A stretch of DNA of 64,000 nucleotides from Vicugna vicugna (taxonomy: Eukaryota), in NCBI GenBank assembly GCA_013265495.1, contig MU057640.1:505303-569302 (forward strand), read 5' to 3'. Of this stretch, positions 39,990-51,156 are shown piece after piece. A program made the translations under genes and the position numbers. How positions within the stretch are numbered: position 1 is the stretch's first letter; each line of letters starts with the position of its first letter. Under the pieces are notes generated by a model, which did no database searches, was not told where the DNA came from, and worked only from the letters and a program-made list of their open reading frames with translations.

Positions 39990-40370
39990 CAGGACAAGAA
40001 AGTGACAGGGATTTAGGATTAGGAAAGTGTAAGGAACCCAGGCAGCTTCTGGCCTCAACTTCTCCCTCTTTCATTCTTTTCCTGTGAGATTGCCTTTCCT
40101 GCTTCTCTGTGCACATGGCTCCATAGCTTCTGAATTTATGAGTCCCCAGTTCAAGTGACCATTTCCCAGTTCAGAGTCCCTTGGAGGCAGAATCTGATTG
40201 GCTCAGCTTGGGTCAGGTGTCTCCTCCTGAACCAGCCTATCATCTGGTGGCCAGTGGGGCAGGGCTGTGTGGTACAGTCGTGGCTGCTGTGGCCCACCAG
40301 TGTGTGAACGGGGAGGTGGAGCAGGGAAGGGTGGCATGGGATGGGCAGTTCTCAGAGAAGGGACACTGAC
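39990..40370. mobile_element. Old MaLR LTR remnant (MLT1J/K-like)
   Basis: 'gaatctgattggctcagcttgggtcaggtgtc'. Confidence 0.6.
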
Positions 40371-42540
40371 TTCTTTTGGACGTCAGCTTCAAAGTTTTCT
40401 GTAACAGATCCTGGAAACCTGGGCCTCTGCCTTCTACTGGCCTTGTGACTAAGGACAAGTCATGAACCTTCTCAGAACCTGTTTCATTAAGTGCTAAATG
40501 AGAGTCATAATATTACTTGGTTAAACTCAGATGGTGTTGTTGGGATTAACTGAGCTAATTTATGTGAAAGAGCTTTGGACGCTGTGTGCCCAGCAATAGT
40601 GCTACATGTCAGGAGTTCATAATAAAGTATGAAGTGCCATCTTTGTCCTCCAGGATCTTGGAATTTAATTGAGGAGAGAATGCTAATAGCCATGATACAA
40701 TTAGAAAGCAGCAGGCTTCTGACTGTGCACTAACCAAACGCAGTAAGAGTTCAGAGAAAAGAGAGATCAACTGGGCAAGGGGGGGAAGGAATTTATCGAG
40801 CACTTCCTGCAGACCTAGCGCTGTCCCCTGTGGTTTTGCACCTCTACAACAACTGCAGTAAAGATGTTGCTCTGCCCATTTTACAGCTGAGAAAACTGAT
40901 GCTTAAAGAAATAACTTGTCCAAAAACACATAGCTGGTGTTTAAGCCTATGTCTGTCTGACTTTAGAGCTGATGCTAGTTTTACTTCTCAACGTGGCAAG
41001 AGGAAGATCCTTGCAGGAGTGGCGTGTTAGCAAAACTAAAGCTTGCACCAGATGTGGATGGGCAGAGGAGAGGCTGGTCCATGACAGGGATCAATAAAAA
41101 CAAAGACTTGGATATAGCATGAGCATGAGGTCATCCTGGTAGGATTGGCACTAGGTTGTCATCGGATGTGTCAGTGAGTTTTAGACGGCAGTGAATGAAT
41201 GTGTAAATGAATGAATGACCACGGGCTCCTGTCCTTTACTCTTTTTGCCTCGTTGGTCTGGGAGTCACGCAGGATGGACTGGGTAGGGCAACGCGGAGGT
41301 AGAACCCTAGCTGGTGGGTTCTTTGAGCAGTTCCGGGGGTTAATTGATGAGCCCCTGGATTAAGATGTGAAATTGAAGGGAAATGCCTTTGGAGGAAGAC
41401 ACAATAGTACTTGGATACAGAGAATGAAGGAGAAGAAACAGATGACTGACTTACTGACCGGCTGACTGATGGATTGATTCATTTATTCAGCAAACATTTA
41501 TTAAGTAAGTGCCGCTTATGTGGCTGGCTCTGTGTCAGGTTCCGGGCATAATGGTGGCCCAAATAGGCATGTTTTCCACCCTTATGTGGGGAGACAGAAA
41601 ACCAGCAAGTACACCAACACATGTATGGTATAATGTCAGACAGTGCCAAGTGCTAAGTGCTGTGACAGAACCTGAAGCTGGGTAAGGGAAAGAGGACGAT
41701 GGAGGGGAAGCGAGAACATACGTTGGTCAGGAGGGCTTCCCTGAGGAGGTGACATTTGAGCAAGACAAGCAGGATTCTGAGTTTCCAGGAGACTATGAGG
41801 TGCTGCAGCCACAGGAAGCACCCCTGGCCTGTCCGCTCAGTGCCCTATAGCCATGATCCCTGTTTCGCAGTTGAGGAAACTGAGGTGCAGGGAGAGAGTG
41901 GGGGCAGCGGCCACCCTGCTGGCCAGCCCTGTGCGTGAGATTAAACCCTGTCTCCGGGCTGCTCCCCCAGACGCCCGGTGCTTCCGGCTCCAGCGCTCCT
42001 CCTCGTCTCCCCCGCGGTATTTTTAGTCTCCCAGAGCCCCTGCCCGGCTCTGCTGCTGCCTCTGTCATTCTGCTTGACTTGCTTTCACTTGCTCAGAGGC
42101 GGCAGTGACAAGGCTGTGGGCTGCACACATCAAGCTGTCCCCGGCTTCTCCGAGGGGGCGGGGGGCGGTGGTGAGGGCTGCTGAGGGTGACCACCCTCGG
42201 CGTGGGCAGGCGGGAAGGCCTGTCAGTGCCTGGGGGTGACGGCCAGTGCCGCACAGCTCCCTCTTTGGGTCACCTCTGAGTCACGAGGGCGAGGGGAGGG
42301 GGCTGCTGGCTGTCGTGTATTCAGGGGTTGGGGGTGGGGAGGCAAAGAGGGACTGAGCCCTGGAGGGGAGGGGAGGAGAGGGCTGGCATTTTGTAATTCG
42401 TTTTGGAGTGAGACAGCTGAGGAGGTGGTGGTGCTGGTAGCTTGGAGGTGGTGTTGATTGTGAGGTGTGTGTGTTTGGGGAGAGTGTGAGCATCATGGGG
42501 CAGGGGGACAGGCCTTTCCACTGTGGTGTCCCCAGTGAAA

Positions 42541-42542
42541 GT

Positions 42543-42579
<37 letters not shown>

Positions 42580-42590
42580 CGCGAGAGAGG
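42541..42590. repeat. Compound (GT)13(GA)n microsatellite
   Basis: Read directly from the sequence. Confidence 0.95.
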
Positions 42591-43339
42591 GAGAGGGCAC
42601 TTCAGGCCTTTTGACCAAGAAGTCCCCCTGGGCCACTTTTCCAGGCCAGGCCCCTGGGACCGCCCCATTTTCCCTGCACACCAGGTGCTGCCATGTCTTA
42701 TTTCTGGTCTGCTGCACCTTCCTTTCTGTCTCCAGAGACCCCAGCAGGCCCTTCCCTTGGTTGGGAGTTTACTGCTTGCTACTCATTACCAGAGAATGAC
42801 CTGGAGGGGGCTGGGGTGCAACACACGTGACCAGTGTGGGACTTACAAAGGTTTAAAAATAAACCTTGCCACGTTCTTGTAGCCACTGTCCTGGGGCTGC
42901 TGAGCTGCCAGCTCCCTCTCTGCTGCTCTTCTCTGTCCCCAGAGGTAGAGCTTATCCCACCCCACCCCAGGTGATGCTGACCCTGTCTGGAGATGCACAC
43001 GGGGTGGTGGTATCAAGGGTCCAGCCCCAGGAGACCATGAAGTGTCAAGGTCTCTGTCTCTGGCTGGAGCCCCGAGCTGCATGAAGCTCACCCTGTGGAC
43101 CAGGCTGAGCAGGGGAGGGCGGAGCTCCCCGCATGCCCTGATGCCAGGCCTGGCTGGCTCTTGAGAGGCTTGAGCTACAGGGAGCGTGAGCACAGGAGTC
43201 TGGGGTGATGCCTGCAGTTACTCTACTTGCTCTAACACGCCCCTCAGCTGGGCAGCTGAGGGGAGCTGGGTTGGCATTTCCATGCAGTGTCAGCAAAGCT
43301 GGAAGGCTAAGGAGTTGGGGGGAGAAGTCCCGGGGCAAC

Positions 43340-43660
43340 AGCAGAGTATGGGACTTCGGTAGATCTAGGCTTCACAGTCAGACTGTCCTGAGTGGCCTGG
43401 CCAAGTGACCTTGTGTAAGCTACTTAACCTCTCTGTTGTCTCCTAATCTGTAAAATGGAGGTTAATAGTAGTATCTCCTTCCTGGGGTTGTGAAGATTTA
43501 GTGAAGTGACACAGGTGAGTAGCTGAGTGATTTGAGCAAATTCCTAACCTCTCTGGGCCTCAGTTTCCGGGCCTGTAAAATGGGGTTGGTATAGGTACAC
43601 ATGTTGTATGAAAGTTGAATGAGGAGAGATGGGTAAAGCACTAAGGGCCTCACGTAAGAC
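43340..43660. mobile_element. Two tandem MIR SINE remnants upstream of exon 6
   Basis: Two MIR cores: 'ttaacctctctg...tctgtaaaatgg' and 'aacctctctgggcctcagtttcc...tgtaaaatgggg'. Confidence 0.8.
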
Positions 43661-43717
43661 CCGCTCAGGAGTGACTGGAAGCGTAACAAGCATCCCGCTG
43701 TTCCCCTGTCTCCCCAG

Positions 43718-43796
43718 GCCCGTGGCTCTGCGGGGGGCCGAAGGAGGCATGACGCCGCCTCTCAGGAAGACCACGACAAACCTTACGTCTGTGACA
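43718..43796 (+). CDS. DPF3: DPF3 coding exon (exon 6): ARGSAGGRRRHDAASQEDHDKPYVCD, ending after the first Cys of the C2H2 zinc finger
   Basis: Acceptor ctgtctccccag|GCC and donor GACA|gtaagt; 79 nt, phase 0/1. Translated by hand (this frame is not in the ORF track) and in frame with the preceding exon. KPYVCD is the typical start of a C2H2 finger. Confidence 0.96.
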
Positions 43797-44124
43797 GTAA
43801 GTACAACAGAGGCCGCCTTCCTGCCCCGGCCCCACTCTTCCCCGTGCTTCCCTGGTCGTCAGCCCCGTCTCAGGCTCCCCGCTCCTTCTCTGGGGCCCAC
43901 ACCACGCCTCCCTCCTCCCCACAGTCACCACCTCACCTCCTGTTGCTGCAGCTTCTGGCCCCGGTGTTTCTGCGTGAGGGAGGAGCAAGCCAGGGAGGCC
44001 TCCCCACCTCGGACGCCGTCCTGCTCTCTCTGCAGTGCCTTCCTTCGTGGCTTTCCTCCGGCTCCCTCTCTTTCACGGTCTCTGTCTCCTTAAGATTCAT
44101 CCTCTATTTCTTTCTCTGTTTCAG

Positions 44125-44166
44125 AGAGTTACAAACAAAAGCATAACTCAAAATCCTCCGACAAAG
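44125..44166 (+). CDS. DPF3: DPF3 42-nt alternative (cassette) exon: (K)SYKQKHNSKSSDK(V)
   Basis: Acceptor tttctttctctgtttcag|AG and donor AAAG|gtactt; 42 nt, phase 1/1, no stop codon. It resembles the 14-aa zinc-finger insert I recall from DPF2 long and non-mammalian DPF3 isoforms. Confidence 0.85.
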
Positions 44167-47100
44167 GTACTTGGCTCCTGTGGCTTTTCATTTGTTTCCC
44201 TTTAATTTCCTTTCTCTCGCTCTCCCTCCTGTCCTAGGTAGGGCAAGTTATGAATCTTTCTCTGACGATGACTTAGTTTAATAAATAGCCCTCGGTCCGT
44301 CTCTAGCCTTTCTTGCTTGCTTCAGAAGCATCTTTTGGCCAAGTGATTGCCTGGCTCCTGGGTTTAGGGTCAGCAGACAGGGCTGGGGAGCGACTGAGGG
44401 GCAGAGCAGCCAGGGGCACTGGTGGTGGGTGGACCTCCAGAGACCCACGGCTTCAGAGGGACTGCCGTCAGCTCGAGAGAGCTCTATCTTTCTCACCTAC
44501 CAGAGCACTGGGTGCTGGGCTGAAAATCCTTGCTCTAGTTATCTTCTCGCCAGATCGGGTACCATCTGCTTGCTTCATGGCAAGGGCAGCCCTCAAAACT
44601 GCACTCCCTGACCATCTTGCCTTCCCACCTTTTCCTCCTTGAGGATGCAGAGCGCCGCCGTGGGCGAGAATGGGGCTGCAGTGAGGATGGCAGGGCTGCC
44701 CATCTTGCCAGTGTCTGCGGTCTCTTTGAAAGCGGGAGAGAACCAGGGGAAGAAGCGGGCACAGGGAGTGTGTTGCGGGTGGTGCCATTTTCCTCCCTCT
44801 CCACTGGCCTCTTGTGATTTCAAAAAGTTGTTCTGTGCCCAGTGGGGTGGCAGCTGGTTGGAGAACATTTTGCTAGAAGAACTCAAACTCCATGACCCCC
44901 ATTTGGCTGCTTAATACACCGTGCAGATGACATTCCTGAGAGAACTCCTGCAGGTAACATCTCCATCCCGGGGCAATGCTGGTCCAGGATGAGGAGGGAG
45001 CAGGGCATGGGGTGTGGCGTCTCTTGGCAATACCAGGAAGTGCCTGCTCCCGCCTGGGTCTTGCTTCCTGGACGGGGTGCAGTTTTGTTGTGACGCAAGC
45101 ATGCTAGCCTTTGGGAGCCTGGTTCTGGGCTTGGAAGGGTCCTCAGCCCCCCGGGGAGCAGACTGTCCAGCTGTGTCTGGCCGGAGCAGCCCAGCTATCA
45201 AGAATGCCAACAACTGCTTTGGAGCTGGAGCACTGCCACGCCATTCCTCTTTCAAAAAGCTGTGTTTTCTTCGGTGATTTTCTGCTGTGGCAGATAGTGG
45301 GATTACTTCTCGCCCTCTCCTTCTAGCTTTCCCTGGATTCTCAGCCGGTAGTAATCCCAGGCACACCCGTGCGCCCTTCTCCCCCCTGCGGTCAGCTCCT
45401 CCCTTCTCTCCTTTGTCTCAGACCTCTGCCTCCTTAGTGTTTCCTCCACGAAGCACCCTTTGTGGGTGTCCCTCTTGCCGGGCTCTCCTCCTCTCCCCCG
45501 AGCTCCTGTGGCTTTGTGCAGGGACTCTCAGTGCCATTTGATGTTTACTGGTCCCCTCCCCACAGGGTCTTTTCCTCTCCCTGTTTACCCTGTGGTGCTT
45601 GGGAGGCCAGATTGCAGGCTTGATGATGTTGGCTTTCTGGAAGTCTCAGCGGCTGCCGTCTTGGCTCTGCCTGCACAGGCGCTGCCTCCCTTTTCCTCCC
45701 TCGGCAGAGCAGGGTCCACTGTGAAATGCCCTTCTCTATTCTGCTTCTCTTAGGAAATTGTGTGGCAGCTCAGTGATTAATAGACTTTATTTTTATCTGG
45801 TGCCCTTCAGACATGTGATCCTTTGGGATAGGAATGACCTTTGGAGAGGTCACGAGGCCTACCTCCCACTCCTGAACTGTGCAAGGAATGCTTTTAATAA
45901 TCTCTAATGCATCCTAAGTAGAGAGGTGTCTGGTCACCTCCTTGAATGTCCCCAGGGATGGTGTTACCACAAGCTGCCCTTTCTTCCATGATTCCAACTG
46001 TGCTTTGAATGATTGTTTTTTTTTTTTTCCTTAATAGGAGCTGAAATTTTTCTCTCCTACAGGCCCCTTTAGCTTTTGTGGATCTTTCCCCAACAAATAG
46101 GCACACTCAGCATTTCTTCTGTGCTGGAGGCCCTCTTACCATCCGCTTGTATTCTTGGTGTACCTAGAGACACAGCCCGTAATTTCTGCAATGGCCTGCT
46201 CTGAATTCCTTTCCAGGTTTAGTTTAAGCTCAGCGCTCTCATTGGAAGCAGCACCAAGGCCAAGTGGTTCAAAGAGTAACAGACACATTTCCTTGTTTAT
46301 TTTACACATCGGTTGTTAACACCACCCACGTCTGTAGGGAGTAGAAGTGACTGGCCACCCCGTTGTGCTGTGCACCGTCTCAACCCCTTCCTCCTTCAGT
46401 GCCTGTCCTGACCCCCCGGCTAATGCCTCTGCAGGTGTGTGCTCTTTTCTACTTATGCATCTGATGGTTTCTTCTTCCATAAATCACTCTGCATTCAGCC
46501 CTATTGACTCTCCATAAAGAGATACAATAATATGTGACTTCAATATACAAGATTCAATAAAGGCAAATTTAAAGACATTGCCAACTAGTTAAATTTCATT
46601 CTCCACAGATTCGCAATCCCTGCCGTTTTTGTATCGTCTGTGGTTTGATTTGCATAATCCCCACTCCATCTTTCGAGTTATTTATGAGAATATTAAGTCA
46701 CCTCGGCCCCCGCCACCCCTTTCTGGGTTTATGTTGGAGTAGTTATAGCCATTTTTCCGGTGGGATTGTGTTTAACCCTTACTGGTATATATTCCTACAT
46801 AGCTGTCCTGCTCTGTTCTCGGTCCAAGTTTCCCTTTCAAGATGGGTGGTTGAAATATTATCTTAGCTGCTAACTTCAGGTGATAGATAGTTTGCTTGTT
46901 ACCTCTCACTCAGCCATTGAATTTATTCCATCTCAGAGAAATATTAAATCATCTGAACATAATTTATTTTTTACCCAATCCGTGGTGTGTGTGTAGGTGA
47001 ATACTTCCATTTTCCAGTACGTAACCCATCTCTATTAATTATTCTGGAAGTTCACCAAGCTTCAGGATGAAAGTTCTGTTTCTTCCCTTTTAATCTTTTT

Positions 47101-47297
47101 CCAAAGGGAAAGTTTTCATTACCTACAAGCAAAGCACCCTCATGTGAATTTGTAGGAAAGGCTGTCAGTGTGGGTCAAAGTGTGGACCTGGATGAACTGT
47201 GCAGAGATAACTGAGATGCTTTTTAAAATGTGGGTTCCCAGGCTTCACATCTGAGCTCCGGCATCAGAAGCACTCGGAACAGGCCCAGGAACCTGCA

Positions 47298-47708
47298 TTT
47301 TTTTTTTTTTTGATTTCTGACTGGTATTTTATTATTTGTATATTAACATTTGGTGTGGAGTGAGGTTAGAAATTCATGTCATAGGTGGTCATTTGAAAAA
47401 GACCTCTAACTCCAACACTTGAAAAATTCTGCTTTTTTGGGAGGTAGCTATACAGTGATGCTCCTGATAACAAGATGGTATTTTTTTTTTTCATTTGCGG
47501 TCTGTTTTTTTTTTTTTAACATTTTTTATTGATTCATAATCATTTTACAGTGTTGTGTCAAATTCCAGTGTTCAGCACAATTTTTCAGTCATTCATGGAC
47601 ATATACACACTCATTGTCACATTTTTTTCTCTGTGATTTATCATAACATTTTGTGTATATTTCCCTGTGCTATACAGTGTAATCTTGTTTATCTATTCTA
47701 CAATTTTT
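47298..47708 (-). mobile_element. 5'-truncated young L1 (47518-47708) with a probable 3' transduction (47312-47504), inserted in a MER5-like element
   Basis: On the minus strand: L1 3' UTR, AATAAA, A13, 193 bp of non-L1 DNA, AATAAA, then A14. The MER5-like flanks rejoin across the insert. Confidence 0.8.
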
Positions 47709-48409
47709 AAAGAGCTTCTCAGGAGATACTTATGATTACCAACTTTTGAGAATGACCAGTCACTTCATTCGAATTTGAAGGCTTCTGGCCTCTGACTGAT
47801 CAGCCCTTTTATTATTCCCTGCTTTTCGCATCTGGAAGTTCTGGAGTCTCCAGGAATTCTCCAGGCAGAGTGCCACTGGCTTACGTTGTTGTTTTAGTTG
47901 GTCTCTTTAGAATCTTTCCTTTCCTGTTCTTTCAACATTGATACAAAACTCAGCAGTCCAATGTAAAAATCCAGCGATCCAGCACTTGACTTTAATTTAC
48001 TTAACAGCTTTAAATCCTAATAATACCATTAACTCCCTCTTATAGATAGGATGATAATTGGGGATAGACATATGAAAGAAACACTTGGATTTGGGCTACT
48101 GGGGTATTTTAAACATCATTTCAAGAGTTTGCTACTCCTTTTCCTAACTTTTCTCAACCCTGGATTTTCTGTTACCATTCCGGGGCAGACTCCTGGTGAG
48201 AGACCCACTTTTCCATTTTCTTTGTTCAAGGAGCATCATAGGAAAGAAGATGGTGGTGGTGGGGTGATGCTCAGGGAGAGGGAGGATATTTGGTTTCTGC
48301 ACCTCAGCTATTTAGGGAGGAGCAAAGCACCCACTTGCCCTTCTGCTGGGCACAGTGGAAGTGACTTGTGCGGTTTTAATTTTTTTTCTCTCCCCAATTT
48401 TTCTTTAAA

Positions 48410-49075
48410 AAATTAATTTTAATTTAATTACATTGTAGAAAGAACGCTTAACCGGAGATCTACCCTCTTCAGTTTTTAAGTGTGCCATATGTATTATTGA
48501 AATAGGTAGACACTGTTGTACAGCAAATCTCTAGCGCTTACTCATCCTGCTTGAAGGAAACTTTATGCCTGTTGGTTAGCAATTTCCTATCACCCTCTCT
48601 CCACCAACCCCTGGCAACCTCATTCACCACTCCTTGATGCTATCAATTTGGCTATTTTAGATAACTCATATAAGTGGAATGAGGCAGGAGATGTCTTTCC
48701 ATGACTGGCTCATTTCACTTAGCATAATGTTCTTAAGGTTCACTCACGTTACTGCATATTGAACAATTTCCTCCATTTTAAAGGATGAATAGTATTCCAT
48801 TGTATGTATATACCACATTTGCTTTATCCCTTCATTCATTGATGGACATTTTGGTTGTTTCCACATCTTGGTTATTGGGAATAATGCTGCAATGAATATA
48901 GGAGTGCTAATATCTCTTTGAGATCTTAATTTCATTCTAGTTTTATTTTTAATTTTTCAAGGAATCTCCATTCTGTTTTCCATAGCAGCTGCACCATTTT
49001 GCGTTCCCACCAGCAGTGCACGAGGGCTCCAACTTCACATCCTGGCCAACACTTGCCTTTTGTTTCCAGCTTTTT
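48410..49075 (-). mobile_element. L1MA/L1MB-type 3' end with frameshifted ORF2 C-terminus
   Basis: ORF 48744-48935 (TPIFIAALFPITKMWKQPKCPSMNEGIKQMWYIHTMEYY) and ORF 48949-49152 resemble the L1 ORF2p tail. Confidence 0.9.
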
Positions 49076-50835
49076 CTGATTATGATAATAACTCTTCCTA
49101 ACAGAGGCTTATGTGTGCAGAGCACTGTGCGAAATAAGCATTTTATATACATTGTTTCTGTAAATCCCTACACTAACCCTAAAGATGAGAGGCAGGGACA
49201 ATTGACCTCATTTTTGCTGTGAAGAAATAGGGTCAGAGAGATGAAGAGACATGTCCAAGGTCACACAGCTGGTTAATGTTAAAGCTGAGATATAAATCCT
49301 CGTTTCTTCAGCTCCAGAGTCAACACACCATAGGACATCTGCACAAAGGGCTGGTTAAATATACCTTCCTCCAAACTGATACGGAATTTGGTTCTCCAGA
49401 GAGGTGAGGCAAAAATATGCTGTTAAAGTGAGTGAATGAGCAATCACCCTTTATTTATGAGGTGAAGCCTTGTCCACTGTTGACAGACGCTGTCAGGTGT
49501 CAGGTGGGCAAGCTGGCATCAGGTAGTAATTGTAGCTGAAGTGGAATGGAGTAGTTTACATAATTTTGAGCCTTTTAAATTTAGATATGTTAAAATCACC
49601 CCCACCTGCATCATCAACTGGGTCATTAGGTCATTAGTGACTAAAGGCAAATAGACATGACTGAAGCCTTCCTGGGAATGTGACTCACCTCTGAGTTGTG
49701 TCCGGTCCTCACACGCCAGGAGTGATCCCTCCCAGCTCAGCCTCCATATCAGCGAGAACTTTGTCCTCTACCACCCTCATGCACAGACGTGTAGGTCTTG
49801 ATTGTGTGGCCTGTGACTTCACAGGGTTGCCTCCCTTCTCAAAATCCGGTGGGGTGTAACTCTGGCCAGTTGGGCGGCGTCAGAATAGGGTCTAGGCCCC
49901 TTCCTGCTCTCCTGGGTGGTGGTGTACTGGAGGGGGAATGGAGAGGCAGAAAGCAAAGAGTCTGGGGGTATAGTCCTGGTTCTACCCTTTAGTGGCTGTG
50001 GCACCGTTTTCCTTCTTCATCAGTCTGGGCGAGCGCCTTTCTTGAGTCTCTAGTCTTCCATCGCCCCTTCCCCACACTGCGGGCTCCCGTCTTCCCAGGC
50101 TTAGCACTGAGGCTCTTTCCCTGAGAGACCAGGTGTCAGGCTGTGGGATGCGGTGACTGCTGCGTGGGCTGGCTAGGTGGGCGTGCGGAGCAGCCCTGGC
50201 TTGCTTGCTCCCAGGGCGGTCCAGAAAATCTGCTTGACCTCAGCCTCCTTAAAGTCAGTCTGGTTTCCCTGGTCCCTGAGTGCACAGAGAGAATCAGGTG
50301 ACTGTGGCAGTCTTATTGAAAAAATGTTTGAGGGCATTAAGGCCCCGCATTCTCTAAGGCTCATGTGCTTTTAGCTTCACGCCACAGTAGAAAAGCCGAT
50401 AAGGCAGCCTTCAGGCTGGCTGCCCCTGTCGCAGAAGGGGAGCCGGGCTCATCACTCAGTTGTTGCCACTGTTATCTTGCAGGTCCTTGCATGGGGAGGC
50501 TCTGTGTCCCAGAAACTTGATGTGTAGAGCATGGGATTGATCCTTGGATTCTGAGTGCATTTGTTCTGGCAAAGCTGGGTTTGTTTAAATATTTAAATGC
50601 CCTCATGTCATGGTCACTCGGGTAGCAGGTTGTCCCAGCAGGGCTGGTCAGAGACAGGGCTGGGGAGAGGCTGACGTTTCTCTCTGATACCCTCAGAACC
50701 CCATTTCGCTTCTCCCTTTGCTCCTGCTGCCTGCCCTCCCCAGCCCCCGCCCTGCCCCTCTAGCACTCTCGAGAACCTTGCCATTGATCACCAAACCTAG
50801 GTTTGCCTTTTCTGGGCTGTCACCCACAGCCTCTT

Positions 50836-50874
<39 letters not shown>

Positions 50875-51156
50875 TTGAAGTGTAGTTGATTTACAATATT
50901 GTGTTAGTTTCAGGTGAATAGCAAAGTGATTCGGTTTATATACATATATATATATAACATACGTATATATGTATTTCTGATTCTTTGCCATTATAGAATA
51001 TTACAAGATATTGGGTATAGTTCCCTGTGCTCTACAGTAAATCCTTGTTGTTTCTCTGTTTTATACATGGGAGTGTGTATGTGTTAATCTCATACTCTTA
51101 ATTTATCCCTCTTCCTGCTTCCTCTTTGAAACCATAGTTTGTTTTATATGTCTGTG
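50836..51156 (-). mobile_element. 5'-truncated artiodactyl-type L1 3' end with a (TAAA)n tail
   Basis: (TTTA)n followed by 'ttgaagtgtagttgatttacaat...tagttccctgtgct'. TSD caca[g/c]cctctt at 50825-50835 and 51157-51167. Confidence 0.9.

Noticed and set aside
43629..44093. 154-aa ORF spanning exon 6
   Set aside because: Wrong frame; the real DPF3 frame is set by splicing (ARGSAGG...KPYVCD).
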